A stretch of 64,000 nt of DNA from Paracoccaceae bacterium (GTDB taxonomy: Bacteria > Pseudomonadota > Alphaproteobacteria > Rhodobacterales > Rhodobacteraceae). The position numbers were made by a program, and so were the translations under genes. The stretch covers positions 1,988,833 to 2,052,832 of the forward strand of contig OY759767.1 in NCBI GenBank assembly GCA_963662705.2, in the 5' to 3' direction. Positions 9,855 through 20,428 of the stretch are shown here, in pieces (positions within the stretch are counted from its first letter, which is position 1; every line of letters starts with the position of its first letter). The notes beneath the pieces were generated by a model. The model did no database searches. It had not been told where the DNA came from and worked only from the letters and a program-made list of their open reading frames with translations.

Positions 9855-11714
9855 ATGTGGTTCGCCGACCTCTTTGATCTTGACCGCAAGGTACCGGGCA
9901 GCCCGCCCGGTTCCCTCTTGCAGTTTTACTTTTGGTGCCTGCAAGGAGCGGTTCCCGTTATTGGCGCCGGCGTAATATTCTCGATGGCTGCCGGTACGCT
10001 CGAGGTCTACACGGCACTGATTCTCGGTGTCGTGATTGATCGCGTTGTCAGCGCAGACCCGAACAGTCTGTTCGCGGACAACGTTGTCCTCCTGATCGGT
10101 GCGACCGCGTTTTTCCTGGTCTTGCGTCCGATCATAATCGGGCTGAGTTCGTTGTTTTCGTCGATACTCATCGCTCCAAATGTCGACGCACTCGTGCTGG
10201 CGAGACTGCATCGTCACACGATCGAGCAATCTGTCTCCTTTTTCGATGACGACTTCGCGGGCAGAATTGCACAAAGACTGCTCCAGACGTCCCGGGCAAT
10301 TACCGAAACGGTCGTCGAAGTCGTCAACGTTGTTTCCTTCGCTCTGGCATCCCTGGTCGGTTCGCTTGTTCTGCTGGCATCGATCGATACCCGCGTTTCG
10401 GCCTCCTTGGGGGTCTGGCTCGTCATTTACGCGGTCATGATCCGCTGGTTCATGCCGCGAATTCGGATTCGCTCCCGCAACAGGGCGGGGGCACGGTCGA
10501 TGCTTTCCGGCCAGATCGTCGACACGATTACAAACATCCGAACCGTCAAGCTGTTTGCTCATAACCGACACGAAGACAAGGCGGCTCTGAAGGCTTTGAA
10601 GGATTTCAGGCAGAATGCGCTTGGCTTCGGCAAGGTAGCGACAGCGTTCAGGTTTTCGTTGATGTCGGTTTCCGGCCTTCTCCCCGTAACCCTGGTCGGA
10701 GGAACGTTGCTCCTTTGGACGCAGGGCGAGGCAACGGCGGGCGACATTGCCGCGACAGGTGCCGTGTCCCTCAGGATCGCCCAGATGTCCGGTTGGGTCA
10801 GTTTTGTCCTCATGGCGGTTTACGCCAATGTGGGCGAAGCCGAAGATGGAATGCGGACATTCGCTGTCCCCCACGGCCTGCTCGACGGTCCGCGCGCGTT
10901 TTCCCTGCCCAGGGTAGAGGGTCGGATCGCTTACGAGAATGTCTCGTTTGCCTACGGCCGGCACGGAGGCGGCCTTGATAATGTCAGTCTGGTCATCCAA
11001 CCGGGCGAACATGTCGGATTTGTCGGCGAATCCGGCGCGGGAAAGTCGACCTTCGCCGCGCTTCTGATGCGTTTGTACGATCCGGAGGAAGGCAGAATCC
11101 TGTTGGACGGTTACGACCTTCGGGAGGTGACGCAGGAAAGCCTGAGGCGTCAGATCAGCATGGTTACCCAGGAGACGGCCATGTTCAATCGGTCGGCCCT
11201 CGAGAACATCGCCTATGGCAGACCCGGCGCATCCCGCGAGGAGGTCATCGAGGCTGCACGACAGGCCGAGGCGCACGAATTCATCTTGGGGCTCACCGAT
11301 CAGCACGGCCGTACCGGTTACCAAACCCATCTCGGGGAACGCGGGGTTCGGCTATCTGGGGGGCAACGCCAGCGAATCGCCTTGGCACGGGCGGTTCTCA
11401 AGGATGCGCCGATCCTGGTGCTCGATGAAGCGACCTCGGCCCTCGATTCGACCGTCGAGGCGTCGATCCAGGACGCGTTGCGAAAAGTGATGGAGAACAA
11501 GACCGTCATTGCCATTGCGCACCGGCTTTCGACCATACTTCGGATGCACAGGATCGTGGTCCTCGAGAACGGACGAGTCGTCGAGCAGGGCACTCATGAA
11601 GAACTGCTGAACAAGAGCGGTGTCTTTGCCAGGCACTGGGACAGACAGATCGGTGGTTTTATCGGAATCGATCATGACAAGGAGTTCGCCGGTCAGTGTT
11701 TTGGTCATTCTTAA
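9855..11714 (+). CDS. ABC exporter, fused permease/ATPase (MsbA/type I exporter family)
   Basis: N-terminal six-helix TMD. The C-terminal NBD has GESGAGKST, LSGGQRQRIALARA and ILVLDEATSALD. Confidence 0.92.
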   Translation: MWFADLFDLDRKVPGSPPGSLLQFYFWCLQGAVPVIGAGVIFSMAAGTLEVYTALILGVVIDRVVSADPNSLFADNVVLLIGATAFFLVLRPIIIGLSSLFSSILIAPNVDALVLARLHRHTIEQSVSFFDDDFAGRIAQRLLQTSRAITETVVEVVNVVSFALASLVGSLVLLASIDTRVSASLGVWLVIYAVMIRWFMPRIRIRSRNRAGARSMLSGQIVDTITNIRTVKLFAHNRHEDKAALKALKDFRQNALGFGKVATAFRFSLMSVSGLLPVTLVGGTLLLWTQGEATAGDIAATGAVSLRIAQMSGWVSFVLMAVYANVGEAEDGMRTFAVPHGLLDGPRAFSLPRVEGRIAYENVSFAYGRHGGGLDNVSLVIQPGEHVGFVGESGAGKSTFAALLMRLYDPEEGRILLDGYDLREVTQESLRRQISMVTQETAMFNRSALENIAYGRPGASREEVIEAARQAEAHEFILGLTDQHGRTGYQTHLGERGVRLSGGQRQRIALARAVLKDAPILVLDEATSALDSTVEASIQDALRKVMENKTVIAIAHRLSTILRMHRIVVLENGRVVEQGTHEELLNKSGVFARHWDRQIGGFIGIDHDKEFAGQCFGHS

Positions 11715-11785
11715 TTCGGGTGCTGAAACCCATCGTTGATTCCAGTGCCAACCGGATATGAACCACCTGAGCCAGGAGCAAGAGA

Positions 11786-13009
11786 GTGAAACTTGACGTT
11801 GGATTCGCCAAAAGCCAGTTTCCGGCCTTTTCCGATCCGGGATTGTCCAAATCGGCATTCTTCGAAAACGCAGGTGGAACCTACCCTTGCCGCCAGGTCA
11901 TTGACAGGCTGAGCAGGTTTTATCGCGAGCGCAAGGTGCAGCCTTACGGCGAGTACGAAAGGTCGATCGTTGGCGGGAAAGAGATGGACGAGGCCCGAAC
12001 CCGTCTTGCCGCTGCCATCGGGGTTGAAACGGACGAACTGTCATTTGGTCCGTCGACGACGCAGAATGCATATGTTCTTGCGCAGGCATTCCGGTCGATC
12101 CTGGGAAGCGGCGACGCAATCGTCGTTACTGAGCAAGATCACGAAGCGAACGTTGGCCCGTGGACCCGGCTCGCTGACGGCGGAGTGACGATTCGCGTCT
12201 GGAAACTGGATCCGGAAACCGGCCACCTGCCGATCAGCGGCCTCGAATCTCTTCTGGACCGGCGAGTGAAACTGGTTTGTTTCCCACACTGTTCAAACAT
12301 CGTTGGCGAAATCAATCCGGTGAAGACGATTTGCCAGATGGCGAAAGACGCCGGTGCCTGGACCTGCGTTGACGGCGTGAGCTATGCGCCGCATGGCCTT
12401 CCGAACGTACGGAGTCTGGGCGCAGACATATACCTGTTCTCGACGTACAAGACCTATGGCCCTCATCAGGGCGTCATGGCGGTACGCAGGGAACTGGGAA
12501 AAAGGCTTCCGAACCAGGGCCACGAATTCAATGCGGGAAACCCGGTTCTCAGATTGACGCCAGCCGGCCCCGACCATGCCCAGGTGGCCGCGTCTGCCGG
12601 GATTCTGGACTACGTTGACCTATTGTATGGTCATCACCGGGGAACCCGTAGACGACCCGATGTACGGTGCACATACGTCGCGGGGTTGATGCGGGAACAA
12701 GAGACCAGAGTCCTGAAGCCTTTGCTGGATTGGTTATCCCGCAGCAATGCTGTCCGCCTGATCGGTTCAGGCATGCCAGAGGAGAAAGTGCCGACAGTGT
12801 CGGTTTTTCTGGACCGGCCGGGGCGAACCGTTGCGGCCGCTCTCTCCACCCATGGAATCATGGCCGGCGGAGGGCATTTTTACGGTGTACGTTGCCTCAA
12901 GGCCCTCGGAATCGACCCGACTCACGGTGTTCTTCGGCTGAGCTTTGTCCACTACACCGAGGCTGATGATGTCTCACGGCTGATTGATGCTCTTGAAAAG
13001 GTCATTTGA
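11786..13009 (+). CDS. Aminotransferase class V fold PLP enzyme (cysteine desulfurase/IscS-SufS-like)
   Basis: 407 aa with a GTG start. It contains HCSNIVGE and FSTYKTYGP (PLP-lysine region), typical of class V. Confidence 0.82.
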   Translation: MKLDVGFAKSQFPAFSDPGLSKSAFFENAGGTYPCRQVIDRLSRFYRERKVQPYGEYERSIVGGKEMDEARTRLAAAIGVETDELSFGPSTTQNAYVLAQAFRSILGSGDAIVVTEQDHEANVGPWTRLADGGVTIRVWKLDPETGHLPISGLESLLDRRVKLVCFPHCSNIVGEINPVKTICQMAKDAGAWTCVDGVSYAPHGLPNVRSLGADIYLFSTYKTYGPHQGVMAVRRELGKRLPNQGHEFNAGNPVLRLTPAGPDHAQVAASAGILDYVDLLYGHHRGTRRRPDVRCTYVAGLMREQETRVLKPLLDWLSRSNAVRLIGSGMPEEKVPTVSVFLDRPGRTVAAALSTHGIMAGGGHFYGVRCLKALGIDPTHGVLRLSFVHYTEADDVSRLIDALEKVI

Positions 13010-13106
13010 CGCCGGTTGTCCTCTACCAGGACGTCCTCGCGACAATGCCGGACGGCGAAACCGCGGGGAGTCAAGGCCGGTCGAAGATTACCGGCGCGTC
13101 CCTGCC

Positions 13107-13604
13107 TCACGACTGCTTCAGGTCCTCCAGCTGCTTTGCCAACAGGTCCATCCCGGCCTGCCAACCCTTGTCCATATTGCCGACCGCCTGGGAGAAAAAG
13201 TCTTGTTCGTCTTCGGTTGCTTCATGAGGCGCCCAAGTCATGCGCATGCTGGTCTTGTTGCCGGAACCCTCGAGGTGTAACTCCAACCGGACCTGCCTGG
13301 GCCAATTCGGCATCATCGGGTTGGGGATCGGGTTCCAGTTTTCGTCTGTCACGAACTGGATCGCGGACAGGCTCACTCCCGGGTCGACTGCGACATAGTC
13401 CAAACGTTGATAGTGTGATGCCCCGCCCATACGCATTTCCAACAGCCATTGGCCACCAGGCTTGACTTCAAGTTCATGGACAACCGTCTCGACGCCCGGG
13501 CCATACCAGTGTGACACAAGTTCCGGGTCAGTCCAGGCTTTCCAAACGAGGTCGCTGGCAGAGTCGAAATCGCGTTCCAGGACGTAAGTCGACGAATCAG
13601 ACAT
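13107..13604 (-). CDS. SRPBCC / AHSA1 (Aha1-like) domain protein
   Basis: The 165-aa version starts at MSDSS (ATG 13604). The text ERDFDSASDLVWKAWTDPELVSHWYGP is typical of the AHSA1/SRPBCC family. Confidence 0.72.
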   Translation of the reverse strand: MSDSSTYVLERDFDSASDLVWKAWTDPELVSHWYGPGVETVVHELEVKPGGQWLLEMRMGGASHYQRLDYVAVDPGVSLSAIQFVTDENWNPIPNPMMPNWPRQVRLELHLEGSGNKTSMRMTWAPHEATEDEQDFFSQAVGNMDKGWQAGMDLLAKQLEDLKQS

Positions 13605-14047
13605 GGTCGGGTTCCTGTCAGTAAATCGAGTTGGCAACTCTTCTGATTGGCCGGGTAGGCCGGGGTACATACTCTGGGCGAACCGGCGGTTCACCGGGCA
13701 AAATGCGCATTGCACGTACCACACTCGCCGGCGTCGGCCAATATCGTTTCGTGAGCCGCAATGCCCGTCGGACTCCGTGTGTCAATGCGGTGCGGCGGCG
13801 GTTACCCCTTGCAACCCGAAATACCTGTCGGGACAGTCCCGGAAAGAGGCAGCGTACATCGGCCGCGTCGGGTCGGAAGATCCCGATCATCGGTGTCCCG
13901 GGGGGGCGCCAAGTGGAAGGAATACCGTTTCGCCAGGTTGCCTCTTTCACCGAGGCACGCGGGGCATTCGGACTTGCAATCACGTTGAATTGGGCACACG
14001 AGGGGACCCTTCTCGTGAAGAGTCCAGGCGGAGTTTCCAGGGCGCCG

Positions 14048-15001
14048 ATGATTTTCTTTCTGATCGTAGCCGGGTTGATCCTGCTGCCGGCAGGGGGGGA
14101 GCTTGTCGTTCGCGGCTCCGTAAGGATGTCGCGCATGCTGAATATCTCTCCGTTGGTTGTCGGTGTGACCGTCGTAGGATTCGGGACATCGCTCCCGGAA
14201 GTGGTCGTCTCGATCAACGCGGCCTTGTCGGGTTCGCCGGGTTTGGCAGTCGGAAATGTCGTGGGAAGCAACATTGCCAATTCGCTCCTGGTCATCGGCC
14301 TGCCCGCCCTGTTCGCGCCGGTCATTGTTGATACAAGGGCCGTACTTCGCGACGGTGTGGGTCTCCTCGGTATCACGATCGTCTTCGTCGGAATCTGTCT
14401 CCACGGTTTGCTGAACACCTGGTTGGCGATCGTTCTTCTGGCACTGCTGTGCCTCTATGTCGTGATCACGGCAAGAACGAGTTCCGGGTCCGAAACGCGA
14501 TCTCTGATGTCTCAAGCCAGGGTGGAGACAAACGAATCAGGACAGGAAAAACAGCATTTTATCAAGATATTGTTAATCACTCTTGCAGGGTTTGCCGCGA
14601 TAGCTGCCGGTGCCGAATGCCTGGTATCAGGCGCAGTCGAGCTTGCGCGGAGACTGGGCGTATCGAACGAGATCATCGGATTGACCATCGTTGCAATCGG
14701 TACGTCATTGCCGGAACTCGTAACGGCACTCGTGGCGGCATACCGCAGGCAAACCGATCTTTCTCTCGGTAACGTCCTCGGGAGCAATATCTTCAATCTG
14801 GCGGGAGTTGCCGGCGTGACAGGGCTGGTCGTACCGCTGCCGATTTCCGACCAGATCGCGCGGTACGACATTTGGGTTCTCGCGGCAACAACCGTACTCC
14901 TGTTCTTGTTCATGTGGAGCCATTACAGGATTAGCCGCGTCGAAGGCGGTATTCTTTTCGCTGGCTACTGCTTGTACATCGGGTCACTCATTGCCTTTTG
15001 A
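14048..15001 (+). CDS. Ca2+/cation antiporter (CaCA family, YrbG-like)
   Basis: Two alpha-repeat motifs (GFGTSLPEVVVS and AIGTSLPELVTA) and 10 predicted helices. The start at ATG 14048 aligns with the YrbG N-terminus. The long upstream part of the track ORF is non-hydrophobic and unlikely to be coding. Confidence 0.85.
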   Translation: MIFFLIVAGLILLPAGGELVVRGSVRMSRMLNISPLVVGVTVVGFGTSLPEVVVSINAALSGSPGLAVGNVVGSNIANSLLVIGLPALFAPVIVDTRAVLRDGVGLLGITIVFVGICLHGLLNTWLAIVLLALLCLYVVITARTSSGSETRSLMSQARVETNESGQEKQHFIKILLITLAGFAAIAAGAECLVSGAVELARRLGVSNEIIGLTIVAIGTSLPELVTALVAAYRRQTDLSLGNVLGSNIFNLAGVAGVTGLVVPLPISDQIARYDIWVLAATTVLLFLFMWSHYRISRVEGGILFAGYCLYIGSLIAF

Positions 15002-15160
15002 TCCGGCACCACATGATCATTCGATGCGGACGTTCCCCGGAATTCGACCCGATCGCGATTCACGATCGGAAAGCTCCGAAAGGCCGCCGCTGGAGTGGTT
15101 GAAGGCAGGTAGAGCCGGAAGTAAGAACGCGGGCGTCCGCACTGAGATTTCGGGTGGAAC

Positions 15161-16207
15161 ATGAGAATCAGGTCAGACTTGGCAGACGCGGTGGGAAATA
15201 CGCCGTTGATCCGCCTGAACCAGGCCTCGGAATTGACCGGGTGCGAAATCCTTGGGAAAGCCGAATTCCTGAATCCCGGGCAGTCGGTCAAGGATCGTGC
15301 TGCCCTCGGAATCATCAGGGATGCCGAGGAGCGCGGTCTCCTGGAACCAGGGGGAACGATCGTCGAGGGAACTGCGGGCAACACCGGGATCGGGCTTGCG
15401 CTTGTCGGCGGGTCTCTTGGATACCGCACGGTCATCGTGATTCCCGAAACACAGAGTGAAGAAAAAAAGGACATGCTTCGCCTGGCCGGTGCCCAGCTCA
15501 TCCAGGTGCCGGCGGTTCCTTACCGCAATCCCAACAACTACGTTCGCTACTCGGGGCGCCTGGCGGAATTACTGGCGAATTCGGAGCCAAATGGCACCAT
15601 CTGGGCCAACCAGTTCGACAACGTGGCCAACCGGCGGATTCACGTGGTGACCACGGCGCCGGAAATCTGGAATCAGACTGGCGGTAGGGTGGACGCTTTT
15701 ATTTGCGCTGTTGGCACCGGAGGTACGCTGGCCGGAGTCGCCGAAGGACTCAAGTCGCGCAATCCGAACGTAAAGATCGGTATTGCGGATCCGGAGGGCG
15801 CCGCGCTGTTCAACTACTATGCGCATGGCGAGTTGAAAGCGGAAGGCACCTCGATCACGGAGGGAATCGGACAGGGTCGAATCACCGAGAACCTGGTGGG
15901 CCTCGAAGTCGACTATCCATACCGCATTCCTGACTCGGAAGCCTTGCCAATACTGTTTTCGCTTTTGCAGAAAGAAGGCCTTTGCCTGGGTGGTTCCACG
16001 GGCTTGAATGTGGCTGGCGCAATCCGCATGGCGCGGGATCTCGGTCCCGGTCATGTCATCGTTACCGTGTTGTGCGATTACGGAACGCGATATCAGTCCA
16101 GACTGTTCAATCCCGAGTTCCTGAGATCAAAGAACCTGCCTGTCCCTGGTTGGCTCGACGGGGAGATCACGGAAATTCCGACTGTCTATGTCGAGAGTGA
16201 AGAGTGA
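15161..16207 (+). CDS. Cysteine synthase / cystathionine beta-synthase family PLP enzyme (CysK-like)
   Basis: GNTPLIRL..NPGQSVKDR (PLP lysine)..GTAGNTGIGLA..GTGGT motifs. Confidence 0.85.
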   Translation: MRIRSDLADAVGNTPLIRLNQASELTGCEILGKAEFLNPGQSVKDRAALGIIRDAEERGLLEPGGTIVEGTAGNTGIGLALVGGSLGYRTVIVIPETQSEEKKDMLRLAGAQLIQVPAVPYRNPNNYVRYSGRLAELLANSEPNGTIWANQFDNVANRRIHVVTTAPEIWNQTGGRVDAFICAVGTGGTLAGVAEGLKSRNPNVKIGIADPEGAALFNYYAHGELKAEGTSITEGIGQGRITENLVGLEVDYPYRIPDSEALPILFSLLQKEGLCLGGSTGLNVAGAIRMARDLGPGHVIVTVLCDYGTRYQSRLFNPEFLRSKNLPVPGWLDGEITEIPTVYVESEE

Positions 16208-16297
16208 ACCGAAGGTAACAGGAATGGTTCGGGGTCTGGCGATCCGCGGGACCGGGAACAGGAGAGGCTCGGGTTCGATACAGAGGAAAACAGTTCG

Positions 16298-17020
16298 ATG
16301 ACCGTATCACTTTATCAACGGGATGCTTACCTGAGAGAAGCGGACGCGACCTTGGTCGCGATCAATGATCGTGGCGGTGTCATCCTTGACCGGTCATTGT
16401 TTTATCCGACCGGCGGCGGCCAGCCCGGGGACTCGGGCGAGCTCGTCGTCGACGGCGAGACGATCAGAATCGCGACAACGGTCAAGGGCGACGGTGAAGA
16501 CATCGTTCTTGTTCCCGAATCGCCCGTCAAACTGCTGGCCGGAGCTCCTGTCCTGCAGAGGATTGATTGGGACAAAAGGCTTGCCCATATGCGTGTTCAT
16601 TCTGCATTGCACCTTCTCTCGGTCGTTATCCCGTTGCCGGTCACGGGTGGCCAGATATCTGCCGAAAAGGGCCGCCTGGATTTTGACATGCCGACTGCGC
16701 CCGATGACAAGCAGGCGATCGAGGATTCATTGAACGATCTGGTGGATCGGGACCTTGAAATCACGGACGAATGGATTTCGGACGAAGAACTGGCGGCAAA
16801 TCCCGGGCTCGTGAAAACGATGTCGGTCAAGCCTCCAAGCGGACGCGGCAAGGTCCGGTTGGTTCGAATAAGCGAGGGCGACGAACTCGTCGACCTTCAG
16901 CCGTGTGGGGGTACGCATGTGCGAACGACAAGAGAGATTGGCAGGCTGCGGCTCGGAAAAGTCGAAAAAAAGAGCCGCCTCAATCGCCGCGTGAACATAC
17001 ATCCGCTGGAGATTGCATAG
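16298..17020 (+). CDS. Alanyl-tRNA editing protein (AlaX-like, tRNA synthetase second additional domain)
   Basis: HxxxH (HSALHLLS) and CGGTHV zinc motifs of the AlaRS/ThrRS editing domain. 240 aa. Confidence 0.8.
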   Translation: MTVSLYQRDAYLREADATLVAINDRGGVILDRSLFYPTGGGQPGDSGELVVDGETIRIATTVKGDGEDIVLVPESPVKLLAGAPVLQRIDWDKRLAHMRVHSALHLLSVVIPLPVTGGQISAEKGRLDFDMPTAPDDKQAIEDSLNDLVDRDLEITDEWISDEELAANPGLVKTMSVKPPSGRGKVRLVRISEGDELVDLQPCGGTHVRTTREIGRLRLGKVEKKSRLNRRVNIHPLEIA

Positions 17021-17428
17021 AATTTGGGCGCGCGCGGCAACCGAAGCCGGGACCTGATCGCGACCCCGGTCGCGTTCGGATCAGGCCGTGACCGGGTTGG
17101 TTCAGTCTTCCGACCGCCACCCGCGTTCCTTTTTCCGGATTCCCGTGTTCAACGGGGTTCATCGCCGATTCGGCATTCGGGGTTCGGTTTTCGTTTGACG
17201 CACTTGCCGAACGGTTGGAGTGCGTCAAGGCGCGTCCGGGCGCACCAGTTTGCTTCCCGCGCATCCGAGACAGACGTTGATCGTGCGGAAGTCGGGAGAA
17301 GCCATGGGAAGAAACGGGAGCTTGACGTCGGCCGTCATAGGACTGAAATTCCCGCCACCTTGAATGAAGGACAAATCTCCACGCCTTTTGAGCCGGCAAT
17401 TGTTTCCGGAGTTGGCAAGGTCAGTTGC

Positions 17429-18034
17429 CTAGTATCCCGGGATTATCTCGAAATGCGCTTCGGTTGGTTGGCAGGATTCTCCATTGACGGGGACCATGTC
17501 CTGGGGACAGGCCGACATGGCAACGATGCAGTCCATCCTTGCACGCAGGACGACATGGTCGCCCGGCCGGGACAACGGGGGCTCGAATCCCAGATCACCG
17601 GAGTCGTCCCAGGGAATGTTCATGAAGAGATTCAGGGGTGAGGGCGTATGGGGCACGACAATTCCCAATTCGGCCATTGCAGATGCCAGGTTGTCAGCGC
17701 AATTGTCGTGAACCCCCTCGAATCCCAGCAGACGGTATCGCCACCGATCGCATGCAGCCATCATCGTGTCGTGTCGCCCGGGCGACGTGTCTTCGTCGAG
17801 CACCAGAATCTCTCGGCGCCTGTTGGTGACCAAGGCATCGCCGACACGGGGCGTCATCCGCATATTGAACACCCGGGTTGCATCCATGGCCATGAATTCG
17901 GTCGAGTCGGCCCCGCTGAACGCCCAGGTGTCGACCACCTGCTGGCCGTGAGTATTGATGACGCGAATTCGCTGTCCCGCGTTGAGCTGGCATGCCGTGC
18001 CCGAACGGGCAGGGAGGATTCTGGTCTTTCCCAT
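17429..18034 (-). CDS. DUF1989 / urea carboxylase-associated family protein
   Basis: 201 aa. The N-terminal text ILPARSGTACQLNAGQRIRVINTHGQQVVDTWAF is typical of DUF1989. Confidence 0.68.
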   Translation of the reverse strand: MGKTRILPARSGTACQLNAGQRIRVINTHGQQVVDTWAFSGADSTEFMAMDATRVFNMRMTPRVGDALVTNRRREILVLDEDTSPGRHDTMMAACDRWRYRLLGFEGVHDNCADNLASAMAELGIVVPHTPSPLNLFMNIPWDDSGDLGFEPPLSRPGDHVVLRARMDCIVAMSACPQDMVPVNGESCQPTEAHFEIIPGY

Positions 18035-18221
18035 GTGGAGTGCCTCCTTTCACTGGCCAAGATTAACAATGGGCAACAGATCCGACAATTGCCGACCCGC
18101 GAGCAGTTCCGTTCAGACAGGGTATTGGCGGCAGATCGCCATCGATTCGCGTTTCTCCGGCGGGTTGCATAACTCGGACGGAACTGGCGCCCGAAAACGG
18201 AGTTTCTTCGTGCGGTTCAGC

Positions 18222-19142
18222 CTACTGGGCCCGGTCCAATCGCTTTTCCGGGAACTGAAATGTTTCCTCGTCGTACCGACGCCAGGTTCGGTCAATCTTT
18301 GTTGTAGGCACGTGGTTCACGCGAATCGCTTCGAACGCCCGCCAATCGGTTACCACCTCGTCCGGCCGATCTTTGCTTCTGCCAAGGAAAGAGGCTTCAT
18401 TCGGGCCGTAATCGCCAGCCTCCGGCGAACTATAGCGAAGGTCCGCGGACCACCGGATCAGGCCTGATACATTTTCAGTAGACCTGTGCGGTGTGAGATT
18501 GGTCATCATCACGGCATCACCTACATCGGCCGGGACCGGGACCGGATTCACGTCGGGCATGCGGTCGGGATGTACGCAGAGCCCAGGCGCCTTCAGGTCG
18601 GCCCAATAGTGCCGGATCACGCCCTTTCTGTGACACCCGGGCAGGACTTCCATGCATCCCGTTTCCACCGTCGCATTCATCAGGGGCACCCAAAATGTCG
18701 GGACAAGGTCATCGTCTGCACAGGAGTGGAAATAGGCCGAATCTTGGTGCCAGGGGATGATGCCCTCTGCCAGCCCCGGCAGCTTTGGCCGCAACCGGTA
18801 GATGCTGGAAACAAGGATCTCGGGCCCCAGCAATTGCTCCATGATGTCGAGAATTTCCGGGCACGTGAGCAAGTTGAATATTGCCGGCCCGGTGTGGGTC
18901 CCATGCGCTACCGGGTCAAGGATCCTGGGCGACTGGGCATGCAAATGTGCGGTTCGACGGAGAAAATCCGCGTCTTCGTGCATCTCAGTGATCTCTCCGC
19001 GCTCCCGCAGTATCTTGGCATGCATGTCGATCGTCGTTTCGATTTCGTCTTGCAGCGCCTGAACCGCTGCACGGGGCACCGCATTTCGCGCGATGAGATA
19101 GCCTTCACGATGAAATTGGTCGATTTGAGCTTGGTCTAGCAT
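18222..19142 (-). CDS. Phytanoyl-CoA dioxygenase (PhyH) family Fe(II)/2-oxoglutarate oxygenase
   Basis: The N-terminus MLDQAQIDQFHREGYL and the HxD motif (WHQDSAY) are typical of PhyH. The start is set at ATG 19142. Confidence 0.8.
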   Translation of the reverse strand: MLDQAQIDQFHREGYLIARNAVPRAAVQALQDEIETTIDMHAKILRERGEITEMHEDADFLRRTAHLHAQSPRILDPVAHGTHTGPAIFNLLTCPEILDIMEQLLGPEILVSSIYRLRPKLPGLAEGIIPWHQDSAYFHSCADDDLVPTFWVPLMNATVETGCMEVLPGCHRKGVIRHYWADLKAPGLCVHPDRMPDVNPVPVPADVGDAVMMTNLTPHRSTENVSGLIRWSADLRYSSPEAGDYGPNEASFLGRSKDRPDEVVTDWRAFEAIRVNHVPTTKIDRTWRRYDEETFQFPEKRLDRAQ

Positions 19143-19220
19143 GGCTCTATCCTTGCCTTTTGCATCGCGCGACGGGGACTGACGTTTGCTTGGGGCTACC
19201 ACGGCCACAGCATGTCCTGG

Positions 19221-20330
19221 CTATGAGACCGGGTCTGAAAGATGCTTTCGCTTAAAGGCCTGTTCGTTGCTGTCGAAGAGGTGGAGTTTCGCGACTGGCG
19301 CAGTCAAATGTGCGTGGTCTCCGATCTTTACGGGAACGTTTCCGTCAAGTTTTGCCAGGACCGGCTCAACCAAACCGCAATCCACATAGATCATCGTGAA
19401 TTCGCCCAATACCTCGACGATGTCGATATCGCCTGAGACAATGGATGTGGATTCATCGCCAATTTCAAAGTCCTCTGGTCGGATTCCAAGCGTACCTTTC
19501 GACCCCACTGCGTTCGAGGTTACCGGTAGATTGACATTTATCGGTTTTCCGTTGGTGGGTGTGACGGTCGCCTTTGGCTCGGCGCTGTCGATCGAACACG
19601 GCACCAAATTCATGGCTGGCGAGCCGATAAAACGGGCCACGAACAGGTTTATCGGATGATCATAGAGATCTATCGGCGTCCCGACCTGTTCGATCACGCC
19701 GTCATTCAAGACGATGATGCGGTCTGCCAGCGTCATCGCCTCGACCTGGTCGTGGGTGACATAGATCATCGTCGTATGGGACATGCTCTGATGCAGCCTG
19801 GCGATCTCGATCCTCGTTGCCACACGCAGCGCGGCGTCGAGGTTGGACAATGGCTCATCGAACAGAAAAACCCTTGGATCGCGGACAATGGCCCGCCCGA
19901 TGGCGACCCTTTGCCGTTGTCCACCGGAAAGTTGTTTCGGAAGTCGGTCGAGTAGGGGCGTCAATTGTAGAATGTCGGCGGCTTCGTGGACGCGCCGCTT
20001 GGTCTCCTGCTTGCCGGCCTTGGCGAGCCTCATCCCGAACGACATGTTTTCAAAAACGGTCATATGGGGGTAGAGAGCGTATGACTGAAACACCATTGCG
20101 ATGCCGCGTTTTGACGGTGCAACATCCGTCACCACTTCGCTGCCGATTTCCACTTCGCCTGCGGTAAGGTCCTCCAGTCCGGCAATAAGGCGTAAAAGTG
20201 TCGATTTTCCGCAACCTGACGGGCCGACAAACACGACGAATTCGCCGGACCGGATTTTCAGGTCGACACCCTTGATGACGTCGACGTCGTCGAAGGCTTT
20301 CCAGATACCCGAAAGAACAACCTCGGTCAT
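19221..20330 (-). CDS. CUT1 sugar ABC transporter ATP-binding protein (MalK/UgpC/MsiK-like)
   Basis: GPSGCGKST, LSGGQRQRVAIGRA, FLFDEPLSNLD, plus a C-terminal MalK-type regulatory domain. Confidence 0.95.
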   Translation of the reverse strand: MTEVVLSGIWKAFDDVDVIKGVDLKIRSGEFVVFVGPSGCGKSTLLRLIAGLEDLTAGEVEIGSEVVTDVAPSKRGIAMVFQSYALYPHMTVFENMSFGMRLAKAGKQETKRRVHEAADILQLTPLLDRLPKQLSGGQRQRVAIGRAIVRDPRVFLFDEPLSNLDAALRVATRIEIARLHQSMSHTTMIYVTHDQVEAMTLADRIIVLNDGVIEQVGTPIDLYDHPINLFVARFIGSPAMNLVPCSIDSAEPKATVTPTNGKPINVNLPVTSNAVGSKGTLGIRPEDFEIGDESTSIVSGDIDIVEVLGEFTMIYVDCGLVEPVLAKLDGNVPVKIGDHAHLTAPVAKLHLFDSNEQAFKRKHLSDPVS

Positions 20331-20428
20331 TTCAGATCTCCTTGCATGGCCGGTTCAAGGCAAATGGATCGATGTCCATCCGCTTCGAAACCGGCCAATC
20401 CCTGCCCGGTGAGCACCGGTGTCCCTGG

